From contig NC_043000.1 in NCBI RefSeq assembly GCF_006345805.1, positions 153,822,001 through 153,886,000 of the forward strand: a stretch of DNA of 64,000 nucleotides, written 5' to 3'. The notes under the pieces were generated by a model. The model was not told the origin of the DNA. It worked only from the letters and a program-made list of their open reading frames with translations, and searched no databases. The position numbers and the translations under genes are program-made. Positions within the stretch are counted from its first letter, which is position 1; every line of letters starts with the position of its first letter. Positions 38,335-51,626 of this stretch are shown piece by piece. This stretch comes from Octopus sinensis (Eukaryota).

Positions 38335-38534
38335 TAAACCTGGTACTTATTCTCTCGATCTCTTTTGCCGAATCGGGGAAGTAAACACACCAATACCAGT
38401 TGTCAAGCGATGGTGGGGAACAAACATATACACAAAGACACACTCACACACACATGTCCAATGTATCACGCATTGGGACTAAACCCGGAACCATGTGATT
38501 GAGAAGCAGACTTCTCACCACATAGCCACGACTG
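38335..38534 (-). mobile_element. Diverged, internally deleted SINE family A
   Basis: TCTTTTGCCGAA, GTTGTCAAGCGATG, GGGACTAAACCCGGAACCATGTG. Confidence 0.7.
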
Positions 38535-38757
38535 CTAATTTTAACATGTTTCTGGTTATTAATAATTAATGCTACCCTACTTGTTTATCAGAAACGAAAG
38601 TAAAAATATAATGAAATGTAACTGAATATTTAGCAGGTTTTTTCATCGACAGAACTATACTGAATGTAAATTAGTGTAACTGAAACCGTCTTGAGAATGA
38701 AAATGGCATGAATTAAGTTGGTTTCAAGAATGAAATAAAATAATGATTAATTGATGA

Positions 38758-38803
<46 letters not shown>

Positions 38804-41177
38804 GTGTATGTGTGTGCGTGTGTGCATGCCTGTGAGTGTGCGTGCGTGACATCAGAGAGAGAGTAGTAAATTGTTGACATTCAGAAAACTGTGCTAATTA
38901 TGAATCATAACTAAGCAGATCAACAACTCAAGAGGGCTGCGATTTGGTAAAGTCGTTTAGAACATCGAGTAAAATGCCTCCCGGCATAGGTTTCTGTCCT
39001 CTTGGCTCAAATCCCGTCGACTTCGACTGTGTCATATTCTTCCGGATCGCTAAAATATCGGATGTCTTTCTCTAATCTCTCTCTCCCTCTCTTTCTCTCT
39101 TTCTTTCCTTACCTCATTCTCTCTCTATCTATCTCTTTCTATTTCTCTCTCTGCCCCCCCCCCCCACACACACTCACTCACTCTTTCAGTTGGCTATTTT
39201 GAATAGAGCACGAAAGAAACGTTCGCATCACGAACCAATAATCCTTTGAGCAACATTGTAGATTCGCTAAAAAAAGTAAAGAATTATAAACAAAAGAATA
39301 TATGAGTAGATAAGAGGAGTGAAGCTGTGAGACATTTAAGGCTTTCTCAACAGTAACACAACCGCAGCACCTGCTTCCATAGTTTTTCCTTGGTACGAGT
39401 ATTTCGTTTCGAGTGCCTTACAGTAACTAAGAGCATTCAGCTCAGCGACATGTTTCTACAACCCGATTCCGACTCTTAGACGAAAGTATTCCGCTTCACT
39501 TCAGTCATATCCAAGACATTGAAGGAACCAAGTATACATAGTGCTGGGCAATCAAATAAAAACAAGAATTGTATATCGATTTGATGTAAACCTTGGAATT
39601 TCAGCAGAATCGACAAAAGCATTCTTCGAATATAATGGTAATTTCTACTTCTCACCTCATACAAATCTAAATCTTACGTTTTATTTATTTTTTTCCGAAC
39701 CGATTCATGGTGATTCATATCATCTCAAACCTACCAATTCGTCTCCTTTAACCTAGCTGTAGATACTTGCACAGTCTACCGACGTTTGCAGATGTTATAG
39801 ATACACATAAATGGTACCAAAGAATGTATAGTCTACACAAACATATGTAACTAACGTGTTACTAAATGCTTGCTTAATCCTCTTATGGGCCTAGATCCTA
39901 ACAGATCCGTTCATATTATAGCCACATATTAATTAAAGTAGATTGATTATCAATATTATTGGCAAAGGCAAAAATGACACAAGATCCGATAACTTTGCGT
40001 CTGTAAATTGTCAGTAATGAGTCGAAATAAGAAATATAAAGAAATAGACGCGTAGAAGTTACGGTTGTTGTGCAATAACATTTGTTAATATCTAGTAAGT
40101 TATTTTTATATGCATTATTTAAAATAAGGTTAGCTTTATTGAACTAACGGCGGGGGTTACAGGTGAGTGTGGGTGCAAAGATGGACTAATGAAATAGTTT
40201 TGTGTCGAGTCAGTTACCAAATGGATTCTATTACAGTTTGCACTGGGTGAAAGAACCAGTTAAGGCACGCTGAATCTTGTAGACATCTCTTTATCTTCGC
40301 TATTCGTCTTATCTAATTATTGTTGTAAGTTCATTAACGTTCACACGTGATACTAGTGGCATTAGGTAAGGTTTTTGTTATAAATAGCTCGAGTTACTCA
40401 GAAATTTATGCTACATACATTTCCGGCACTATAGAACTTATAAAAGTATCTGTCTGCTTAACATAGACTTTAGCTGAGGTAATGTTCAGGCATATTTTCA
40501 CATATACGGTATCGTGCACCTATATACTTGAAATATTGTAAGGATATCGGGTACAGAATCAGACCTGATTAAATTGATATTGGAGAATGAGACCAGAAAG
40601 TATTTTAGATACCAAAACTAATTCTGATTTACGGTGCACTGGAGTCAAACAGTATTTTAAGGGTGCCCATGCACCAAAGGTTGATATTTGCTATATTTCT
40701 GTTAGGTTTTCTATAGAATTAGCATCATTATACTGTTGTGTCTGGGGAGAGTGATTTTCTTTTTGTGCCTTATAATTTAACACACTCACCGGTAAAATTT
40801 CCACTTATTTCTTATTTTAATTTTCCTAAAATTTCAGTTGCGTCTTGCAACATTTTTAAAGGCACAAAAAGAAAACGACTCTCCCCAGACACAAAAGAAT
40901 ATGCTTCAACACACGAACTCATATAAAGAATCTTGCAAACCAAATCCCAAAACGAAATAGTGTCATTTTAACCATCTTATCAACAGTGGAATTAATATTT
41001 ACTTTACCGTTTTCCAGTATGTCTAGAAAATTTGAACTCTTACATTTGAAATGTTGACCGAAGAATCTCAATAACGACACTAACAGATCGAAACCGACTT
41101 AAAATGTTCCTATTAAATAATGTCGGTAGTTGAACAATAGTTGTCAATCTTGGCGTAAATCAACAATGATATTCTCT

Positions 41178-41307
41178 TCTTCTCTAGGCACAAGGCCCGA
41201 TAACTTTTGGGGAGAGGGCCAGTCGATTAGATCGACCTCAGTACGCAACTGGTACTTAATTTATCGATCCCTAAAGTTTGAAAGGCAAAGTCGACCTTGG
41301 CGGAAAA
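41178..41307 (-). mobile_element. SINE family B, 5'-truncated
   Basis: Core through AAAGGCAAAGTCGACCTTGGCGG. Confidence 0.75.
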
Positions 41308-41362
41308 TCAACAATAATATTAATTGTATGTTATAGAAAGAATCAATCACAATTTTATTACC

Positions 41363-42044
41363 TATTTCTTTACTACCCACAAGGATGAAAGGCAAAGTCA
41401 ACCTCGGCGGAATTTGGACTCAGAACGTAGCGGTAGACGAAATACCTATTTCTTTACTACCCACAAGGGGCTAAACACAGAGAGGACAAACAAGGACAGA
41501 CAAACGGATTAAGTTGATTATATCGACCCCAGTGCATAACTAGTACTTATTTAATCGACCCCGAAAGGATGAAGGGCAAAGTCGACCTCGGCGGAATTTG
41601 GACTCAGAACGTAGCGGTAGACGAAATACCTATTTCTTTACTACCCACACAAGGGGCTAAACACAGAGAGGACAAACAAGGACAGACAAACGGATTAAGT
41701 CGATTATATCGACCCCAGTGCATAACTCGTACTTATTTAATCGACCCCGAAAGGATGAAAGGCAAAGTCAACCTCGGCGGAATTTGGACTCAGAACGTAG
41801 CGGTAGACGAAATACCTATTTCTTTACTACCCACAAGGGGCTAAACACAGAGAGGGCAAACAAGGACAGACAAACGGATTAAGTCGATTATATCGACCCC
41901 AGTGCATAACTCGTACTTATTTAATCGACCCCAAAAGGATGAAAGGCAAAGTCGACCTCGGCGGAATTTGAACTCACAACGTAACGCAGACGAAATACCG
42001 CTAAGCATTTCGCCCGGCGTGCTAACCACTCTGCCAGCTCACCT
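41363..42044 (-). repeat. Tandem array of SINE B 3' units behind one complete head
   Basis: TATTTCTTTACTACC unit starts at 41363, 41447, 41631, 41817 (periods 84, 184, 186); complete head only at about 41995-42044. Confidence 0.92.
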
Positions 42045-42059
42045 ACCTACTCTATAGCC

Positions 42060-42265
42060 GGAGGTTTCTTAGTTGTATTATACCGAGTAAAATGTTTAGC
42101 AACATTTCGTCCGTCTTTATGATTTGACTGCAAATTCCACCAAGGTTGACTTTGATATTCGTCCTTTTGAGGTCGATGAAAATAAGTATCAATTGAGCAC
42201 TGGGGTCGATGATCCTTTCCCCCGAACTTGCTGACCTTGTGTCAAAATTTGAAACGAATATTAGT
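42060..42265 (+). mobile_element. Diverged SINE family B
   Basis: GCAAATTCCACCAAGGTTGACTTTG..GAGGTCGATGAAAATAAGTA. Confidence 0.7.
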
Positions 42266-43434
42266 GATGTAAAGGGACAAAAAATTCGAACAAGTTTCAA
42301 GCAAAAATCTCCAGAAGCTTACATTAAGCATTACAGGACTCAGTCTATGATGAATAAATACCAACTTCTCACTGAATTGCTATAACAGGATTTATAGTTG
42401 AGTAAGTTAAACTTATATATTACATATAATTACCGTATTGACGTAGGAGAGACGAAAAGCAAAGTTGCTCTGGCTAAATTTCAACTCAGAATGTATTCCA
42501 CAAACCAAAATTGTTTATATTATTTAGTTTGCCAGTCTATTCTCAGTCATGTCCCTACCACCCTTTGGTAAATAAATATTGTTTTCTTTTATTAGTACAA
42601 AACAAAAAGATGCAGAATTGAGATATATTCAATTGAATCTACCCTCTAGTGTACGATCAAACCGTTCAGTCTCTACAGAGTCGCTAAAACTAGTTAAATG
42701 CTCAACCAAATTTCTTTCAAATCACATCTTACCTTCAAATCACACATTACCAAGGACACATTTCAGGCACTATCTGTATATACACAGGAAAGACACGGCT
42801 GGTATTACTTCAATCAGATCTGATGGACATAGGAATAAGCACCTACAACCACAACTAGTCCGGCTTAGCCATTCGGAAGGAATATAATGTAAAAGTGGTT
42901 TGACGGTAATTTGAACACCACAAATAAGAAGGCTTGTGGGGTGTAAATGTGTCTTCCGATTACCATGCATATAACAAATGTTACATGGAAGCAAGGCCAA
43001 AAACGAATATTTCCAGAGGCCAGCAAGGGGTCAGCATGAGATATTCCATCTGCAGGAACAATAATACTGCCGTATTTTCATAGGGATGGATTATGTAAAG
43101 CTGATAATAAGGGGTAGGACAAAAAACAAAATGCTTCTTCAGTTGCATACGTTATTATTTTCTCATTGGATCTTCAAGAAAATATTTTTAAAACTAGCTT
43201 GGTATACACATGTGTGCATGTAGGTACGTATGTATGCATATATATATATAATTGTGTATGTGTGTGTGTGCGCGCGTGTGTGTGTATATGTACGTGTGTA
43301 TGTATGTGTATGTATGCGCGCTGAGTGTATAGATACATAGATAGATATGGATACAAAACAAGCAAGCATACAACTGTAGACAGTTAATTAGATGTATATA
43401 GGCAGAGATGCGTATATGTATATGCATGAATACT

Positions 43435-43489
<55 letters not shown>

Positions 43490-43506
43490 ATGTATGTATA
43501 TGTATA

Positions 43507-43542
<36 letters not shown>

Positions 43543-43894
43543 TGTTATATGGGTGTTTGTTTCATATTTTGCATGTTTATATTTATCTTTCCAACTGTTT
43601 GTGGATGTATGTGTATACACAGACACAGACACAGACACACACAGATACACATACACACACACACACACACACTCACACAAGCCCACACACATACACACAC
43701 ATAAATACGCATACATACGCTTTCATACACATTATTGCTTTTCTGTTAGAACTAAGTAATCAGATATGTATCATTTTTTGTTTTCCTTTTCAGTATGTGA
43801 TGCTTAAAAAATCTGGTATTTGTCGAGCAAGCTTCCTAGACAAACCACTTAAAGGATTTTTAGGCCAATAGCCAAAGACTATGTTGATGCTGTT

Positions 43895-43936
43895 AACATT
43901 ATTACCATTATTATTATTATTATATTATTATTATTA

Positions 43937-43968
<32 letters not shown>

Positions 43969-44090
43969 TATTATCATTATTATTATTATTATCATCATCA
44001 TTGTTTTTGTTGCTGTTGTTGTTATCATTATTATTATTCTTGTTGTTGCTGTTCTCGCTGTTATTGTTGTATAATTATTGATGTTGTTAG
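43895..44090. repeat. (TTA)n/(TTG)n degenerate microsatellite
   Basis: Directly visible. Confidence 0.9.
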
Positions 44091-44445
44091 CGTTATATTA
44101 TTACTTGTTGATTTGATAAAAAAATAATGGTAAGCACAAGGTCACAATATTTTATAAGAGATATAGTCTATTTAATCAACTCTAACACTCGACTGATACT
44201 TAATTTTTTGACCCTGCAAGGATCAGAGCGCAGAAATGAAAAGATGTAGCACAGACTAAAAATAAGTACCAATTTAGTACGTTCCCTGAAAATTGCTTTT
44301 TACCTTCCCAAGGTCAGTAAAATAAAGTATCATTCAAGTATGTAAGAGTCTGTTCTTTCCATCCGATTTCTAACCGTGTCCCTTTATATGAAATTGCGAT
44401 TCACAGAGTCATTAAGAATCGTATAAAATGTCTCCTGTGTTAAAA

Positions 44446-44828
44446 TGGAAGCACTTCGTCGGTTACGACGACGAGGGTTCCGGTTGATCCGATCAACAGA
44501 ACAGCCGGCTTGTGAAATTAACGTGTAAGTGGCTGAGCACTCCACAGACACGTGTACCCTTAACGTAGTTCTCGGGGATATCCAGCGTGACACAGAGAGT
44601 GACAAGGCCGGCCCCTTGAAATACAGGTACAACAGAAACAGGAAGTAAGAGTGAGAGAAAGTTGTGGTGAAAGAGTACTGCAGGGATCACCACCATCCCC
44701 TGCCGGAGCCTCGTGGAGCTTTTAGGTGTTTTCGCTCAATAAACACTCACAACGCCCGGTCTGGGAATCGAAACCGCGATCCTACGACCGCGAGTCCGCT
44801 GCCCTAACCACTGGGCCATTGCGCCTCC
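44446..44828 (-). mobile_element. SINE family C
   Basis: Near-full copy. Confidence 0.92.
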
Positions 44829-44912
44829 TTTCAGTGATTAACACCTTCGACAAAATTTTTTACCTTGTGCTTATAATGGAGACTAATACTATTATTAATG
44901 TTGTTGTTGTTC

Positions 44913-45120
44913 AGGCATCGAGCTGGCCGAATCGGTTGCACGCCCGACAAAATGCTTAGCGCGATTTCTCCCAGCTTTACGTTCAAATCCTGCCGAAGTC
45001 GACTTTCCCCTCTCCCTCTTTGGGAGTCGATAACACAAGTAACAACTGAGTATTGGGGTCGATGTAATTCCCTGGCCCCATCCCTCCAAAATTTCAGGTC
45101 TTGTACCTATAATAGAAAGG
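44913..45120 (+). mobile_element. Diverged SINE family B
   Basis: Head GAGCTGGCCGAATCGG, core remnants; flanked by similar CTATTATTA..GTTGTTC tracts. Confidence 0.75.
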
Positions 45121-45211
45121 TCTATTATTAGTATTGTTATTGTTGTTGTTCTTTGCTGTGCTGAGGTTTGTACTGGAGCACAAGAAAGAGACGGATTTCC
45201 ACGTGTTACTT

Positions 45212-45284
45212 CATGCATACATACATACATACATACATACATGCATACATACAACATACATACATACATACATACATACATACA

Positions 45285-45318
<34 letters not shown>

Positions 45319-45858
45319 CATACATACATACATACATACATACATACATACATACATACATGCAAACATACATACATACATATATACATACATACATACA
45401 TACAAACATACATACATACATACATACATACATGCAAACATACATACATACATACCTGCAAACATACATACATATATATATACATACATACATACATACA
45501 TACATGCATACATACATACATACATACATGCAAACATACATACATACATACATACATATACATACATACATACATACATACATACATACATACATACATA
45601 CATACATGCAAACATACATACATACATACATACAAACATACATACATACATACATACATACATGCAAACATACATACATACATATATACATACATACATA
45701 CAAACATACATACATACAAACATACATACATACAAACATACATACATACATACATACATACATACATACATACATACATACATACATAAATACATACAAA
45801 CATACATACATACATACAAACATACATACAAACATACATACATACATACATACATACA
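45212..45858. repeat. About 650-bp interrupted (CATA)n array
   Basis: Directly visible; gives the 180-318 aa low-complexity ORFs. Confidence 0.97.
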
Positions 45859-46110
45859 GATGTATGTGTGTGTGTGTGTGCGTGTGTGTGTTTCGCTTTA
45901 GGCTTTGGAACCTTTGAATTTCTTCCACCCCAGGGTAAACGGTGTGAACACTAAAAACTTCCGAAACTTATAAATAAAAGATTTTCGAAAAACTGCTGGT
46001 TTAAAATTGCGTAAAAAAACACGGACTTTGAAAGGTAGAAGAAAAATGATATCTAAAATAAACAGACGCAATTCCACTTTTACACACACGCATATAGATA
46101 TTTATTCTAT

Positions 46111-46512
46111 TCTTTCTTTTACTCTTTTACTTGTTTCAGTCATTTGACTGCGGTCATGCTGGAGCACCGCCTTTAGTCGAGCAACTCAGCCCCGGGACTT
46201 ATTCTTTGTAAGCCCAGTACTTATTCTATCGGTCTCTTTTGCCGAACCGCTAAGTGACGGGGACGTAAACACACCAGCATCGGTTGTCAAGCAATGCTAG
46301 GGGGACAAACACAGACACACAAACACACACATATATATATACATATATACGACAGGCTTCTTTCAGTTTCCGTCTACCAAATCCACTCACAAGGCATTGG
46401 TCGGCCCGGGGCTATAGCAGAAGACACTTACCCAAGATGCCACGCAGTGGGACTGAACCCGGAACCATGTAGTCGGTTAGCAAGCTACTTACCACACAGC
46501 CACTCCTGCGCC
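46111..46512 (-). mobile_element. SINE family A, full length
   Basis: Complete layout. Confidence 0.92.
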
Positions 46513-47045
46513 TATTTATATATCGGAAAATACACAAACACAAACAAAAATATTTCTAATGTAAACACAGACGTTGGCAATAGTCAAAAAAATATCACAA
46601 GGCAGAAAATAACAAAAGTGGGTCTGCCAAAGTTTTAAAGCAAAGAGAAGTTTTAATGATAGGGCAGTTCTTTAAAAAAGAAATATATGTGAGATGTTTG
46701 TCATGGAAAGTTTTCCTTCTCTTCTCTGCTTGCTGAATATATTGAAAGACAATGAGAAAAAGGGGGATACTTTTGATATCTGAGATTTCTACTTTGAGCA
46801 GGGAAACTTTCAATGTGTACACAAACGAAACGAGCAGTTAAGGGGAGTTCTGACCGATATGCTGGGCGATACGGTCTCTGTCAGCCGAAATAAGGTTTAT
46901 GGCAGTGAGTGTTTGATTTTCGAAACCAGTCGAACTCATGCATCAAAGACCTCCTTATAGGCTGGTGATGCAGTATATGAGACAACGTTGTACACGGGTC
47001 ACTGCCAGGGACGTTTGGTTACACACAGATCCTTTTATCGTTAAT

Positions 47046-47431
47046 GTGGAAGCACTCCGACGGTTACGACGATGAGGGTTCCGGTTGATCCGAATCAACG
47101 GAACAGCCTGCTCGTGAAATTAACGTGTAAGTGGCTGAGCACTCCACAGACACGTTTACCCTTAACGTAGTTCTCGGGGATATTCAGCGTGACACAGAGA
47201 GTGACAAGGCCGGCCCTTTGAAATACAGGTACAACAGAAACAGGAAGTAAGAGTGAGATAAAGTTGTGGTGAAAGAGTACAGCAGGGATCACCACCATCC
47301 CCTGCCAGAGCATCGTGGAGCTTTAGGTGTTTTCACTCAATAAACACTCACAATGCCCGGTCTGGGAATCGAAACCGCGATCCTATGACCGCGAGTCCGC
47401 TGCCCTAAACACTGGGCCATTTCGCCTCCAC
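47046..47431 (-). mobile_element. SINE family C
   Basis: Full copy; 10-bp TSD TATCGTTAAT at 47036-47045 and 47432-47441. Confidence 0.94.
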
Positions 47432-48890
47432 TATCGTTAATACCTTTGCGACACAAGAATGGCATCCGTGTGGTATCAACATGAGATACATAAGTTCCAA
47501 TGACCCCGACAAAGGCGGCAGTTACATTTGGGAATTATACCACTTAACGTATACAGACAGAAATGTAACTTAGCAATGCTTCAGAGTAGAAAGCTCGAAG
47601 TAGAAAGCTCGGATACCAACAGCCTTCAGCTTCATGGAACTAGTAAGGCATATGACAGGAAGAAAGAAACGGACAGCAACAGGGCTAGAATTAAAAGCAG
47701 TTGGGCCCAGAAGTTCTCTTTCCAAAACACTATCCGGCGGAAGCTCCGATGATGGCCATGTGTCGTGTCGAACTTCATCCGTCATTGGAGGGACTGACTT
47801 CTAAGAAACTGATGGCTTCTCTCAGTTGAACCATATCATCGTGTAAATTCTATCAATAGAAAGAAAATGTAGGATGGAGATAGCAGAATGAAAGGGGGGG
47901 GGTAAAAACTAAAAAGGAAAGGAAAGGAGGCCAATACAGCTAAGTCATATACTTGAGAGAACGAATAAAACCTTTTCATAGGACTGAGTGAAGTTCATGA
48001 AACTTCTTAAGAGCAGTTATGAAAATGGGGGGAAGAAATCAGGTAAAAAGTTAAGATACATTTGGGTGATAAGATGTAATAGGCCACCCAAAGATTTTTG
48101 CACGAAAGGAATTGACTTTAATCCTTTTCTGGTGTGTATTCGAATGTTCAAATGTATCACCATCAATTACAGTTTTATCTATATCTACTTCATTTTTAGT
48201 GGAGTTGAGTCCATCTTACCGTCTTGAAAAGCAAACGAAATACACAGTGTTTTATCATGTAATACATACTAAATGAGCTAAAAATTACACCAGACTCACT
48301 CCCTCCCTAAGGTGAAAACCATCTAATTCCAAGGTAAAATATATCAGTAAACCCTAAAGACTAGCCAACAAATAGCACACGGAGCCATAACTGCAATAAT
48401 ATCACAGAATAAAAATAAATGCCTGTAAAACAAATTTAATTTCCCGAAGAACAGCTCCAACAACCGATAAATTATCTCATAATGAAAGGGAGAAATTACA
48501 TCAAATAAAGGTCTAGAAATAGATTGCTAAAAGCAATCATTAAAGTTAATAGAAGTGGAAATAATAATAACCTTGAAAACAATTACATAACTAAACCGCC
48601 TCACATAGAAGGTATAGAACAGCTGAAGCACTAATTACACAAGGCACCAAAACGCAAAAATATCGAATTTTGATGACGTGATATATTACGTCTCATACTG
48701 TGATTCTAAAAGTGGACGTAAATCCATCAGTATTTGTTAAATTATCAATAGTTTTTGTTTTTTACATTTAGTTTAAGTTCTTATACCTAATTTTTGGGAT
48801 ATATGGAATATCTAATGTGAGTATAAACATTTTAGAAGAATGAAAGCGAAAACAAACATCCCGGCCAATTACACATTGTTATTACGGGTA

Positions 48891-49007
48891 CACATGGTCC
48901 CGGATTCCGTCCCACTGAACCTTGGGCAAATGTCTTCTACTTTAGCCTCGGGCTGACCAAAGCTTTGTGAGTGGATTTGGTTGACGGAAACTGAAGGAAT
49001 CCCGTCG
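48891..49007 (+). mobile_element. SINE family A, head/core fragment
   Basis: CCTTGGGCAAATGTCTTCTAC...GACGGAAACTGAAGGAATCCCGTCG then (TA)n. Confidence 0.8.
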
Positions 49008-49023
49008 TATATATATATGTCTG

Positions 49024-49058
<35 letters not shown>

Positions 49059-49144
49059 AGATTTCACAAAAAAACAAAAGACGAAGACAGGTGGTGTAGA
49101 CAACAAACAGATGTATTAGTATAACGCTCGGAAAGTGAAAAAGT

Positions 49145-49180
49145 CTTTAACGTTTCGAGCCAACGCTCTTCTACAGAAAG
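49145..49180 (-). ncRNA. Minimal hammerhead-like motif with A6-to-U core variant
   Basis: Minus strand: CTTT CTGTAGA A GAGC gttg GCTC GAAAC GTT AAAG; about 90 bp from (TA)n. Confidence 0.6.
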
Positions 49181-49785
49181 GAACACAGAAAGAAACAAGG
49201 AGAGAAAATAAAGAATGTGAAGTGGGTAGCGATCTATCATGAATTTGAAGTATGAGATGTGGATTCAGAGAATCGTGTGGCTAACACGGAAAGCTCCTCC
49301 GAAGGACACGGCTCACAGCTCATACTATAACCCAACACAGAGAAGCGTGATATTGAGTGTCCATGTAGCTGATATTCAGAAGATCTGGTCGGCGATATTT
49401 ATTTCATGAGGAGTATATCAACTATAAAAAGTCATGAAGTATGAGAGGTGAATATATTTCTTTAAACTTTTTACATCTTCAAAAATATGGCCTTTTCTTA
49501 GCTTTCTACACGTAATAATAATTTTAGTTTTGAAAAAAGTTTGCGTACATGTTTGCGTTAATATGCATGCTCAAGATGCTTTCTCAAGACAAATACTGCA
49601 GTTTTGTGGCTTTATCCACGTTAAGTAGGATATACAAAATGATATTTTGAAGTAATACTGTTTTCGTCGCTAAGGCATTTTTATCTAAACTTTCGGCAAT
49701 TTGCAACACCTGTGATTTGTTAGTTACTGTCTTTCCATATCCTGAGAAGCTAAATTTGTCTAAGCATGCGGTTGCTTATAGTTAC

Positions 49786-49830
49786 TTACTACTGATGACC
49801 CTCAAGAAAGCAGAAATCTAGATTTAGCAA
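49786..49830 (+). ncRNA. Decayed minimal hammerhead-like motif
   Basis: TTACTA CTGATGA (stem II unpaired) GAAAT CTAG ATT TAGCAA; palindrome AAATCTAGATTT. Confidence 0.4.
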
Positions 49831-50753
49831 TTTCAACCCAGCTATTGGGCACATTTTTTACTGCTACTTATATGTTTCAGTGCTTTTCAGCTATAACTTT
49901 TTTTATGAGATGCATTCTCGAGACAAATACCGCAGTTTCGTGGCTTTCTACTGAATATCCACATTACGTAAGATACATAGAGTGCTATTTTCGACTAATA
50001 ATGCTTCCGTCGCTAATAACGAACACACAAACACACACATGTCTGTATGTATATATTGTATGTATGTATGTATGTATGTATGTATGTATGTATGTATATG
50101 GGCGTGTATGTATGTATGTATGTATATGTGCGTAAATGTTTGTATGCATGCATGTGTAGTGTGTGTGTGTACACAAAGATATGCATATAAGTGCACTTAG
50201 TTTTGAGTGTTCAGTATGAAGCAAAACTGAAAATATGTATTGTAAATTAAGATAAAATTCTAAATTTTAAGTATTTTGCCATACGCTTTCACAAGCTAAT
50301 CCTGACAGACTTCTTGGTTTAAACTGCATTATTTAACGCGGCTAGTATCATAAATCATTATTGGCCGAGACCCGTTGATAGATAGGCTTCGAATTACGCT
50401 AACCTACAGTAACTGAAATTTTAAAGTGCTATTGCACCATACGACACCCTAGACCACAACTAATTGAATTATTCTCATGGTTGGATGATTGTAGCGTCAT
50501 CAATCGTCTTATGCTTTCTCCAGGGTGTAATTGCCTCCACAAAATTTCATGTAGAGAAAAATATTTCAGTCTACTGACATTCCTATTTTCGTAATAATAG
50601 GATTTACAATATTCAAAGTTAACTGTATTCAGTCGTTACTTGTTTTAATTTTCTACCTTCGGGGAATATGTTTTACATCCTCTATTTCTAATATGCATTT
50701 CTCTTTGTGTGTGTGTGTGTGTGTGTGAGTGGGTGGGTGTAGGCATATATGTA

Positions 50754-50813
<60 letters not shown>

Positions 50814-51021
50814 CATATGTATGTGTCTGTATATATATATATATCATATATTTATGTGTGTGTGTGTATACGCAAACACATTCAAAGGAGGCTTATATAA
50901 ACTTATACTGATATATATATGTATATATATATGTGTGTGTGTGTGTATGTGTTTGCATTTCTGTGTCTATATATAAATATATAGATGGCCATATAAATAT
51001 ACGTGTATACGCACGTATATG

Positions 51022-51067
<46 letters not shown>

Positions 51068-51107
51068 ACATTACATATATGTATGTGGGGATATATGTAT
51101 GTTTATA

Positions 51108-51149
<42 letters not shown>

Positions 51150-51626
51150 AAAAAATATATATATATAAAATACAAAATGTGACAAGAACGCAAAACACTC
51201 AAATAGACGACACAAAAAACGGACGGGTCATTCGAAGCCACTACATAGATATCCCTGGAGATGAATGAGCTTCGTTCAATTTAAATGCCCAAAATCCACC
51301 GTATGTGACGACGCCTATGACCCTAAGTAAGACATGCATACTTACAACCAGGCACGCAGATGTATGTGCTTGTGTGTGTGTGTCCGTTTCCATGTTTGTT
51401 TTTACGTTTTCGTTTCTCGTTGAGTTCTACGTCTATTTGTGGTGTCCTGTACTCACGTATATATATTTATATATGCATGTATATATACATGTAGATGTAG
51501 GTACGTACATATATGTATGTATGCATATAAATTATTGCATGACTGAGCGCCCTCGCGTCGTTTCGTTTCCTTTCTGTTCTCCAAGTAAGTTTATATATAG
51601 TTTAAAACTTGTTAAGAAGGTTTTGA

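Noticed and set aside
40129-40162. Possible 34-nt exon with perfect CAG|GTGAGT donor (VSFIELTAGVT)
   Set aside because: Weak acceptor, no partner exons, and one such donor is plausible by chance
41363-42044. Regularly spaced repeats as a CRISPR array
   Set aside because: Whole units are near-identical SINE sequence with no unique spacers or cas genes; eukaryotic context
44895-45928. Longest ORFs (182-318 aa, YVCM/HTYI repeats); similar ones at 8358-9993, 12477-13145, 32124-34016, 35606-35920, 43163-43871
   Set aside because: Translations of stop-free microsatellites
47570-47785. Faint GVPQGSVLGP-like RT similarity (PDSVLERELLGPTAFN)
   Set aside because: Too divergent and unsupported by neighbouring RT motifs
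48440-48620. Possible decayed Penelope RT N-terminus (NLSHNERE..IIKVNRSG)
   Set aside because: Similarity too weak in A-rich sequence
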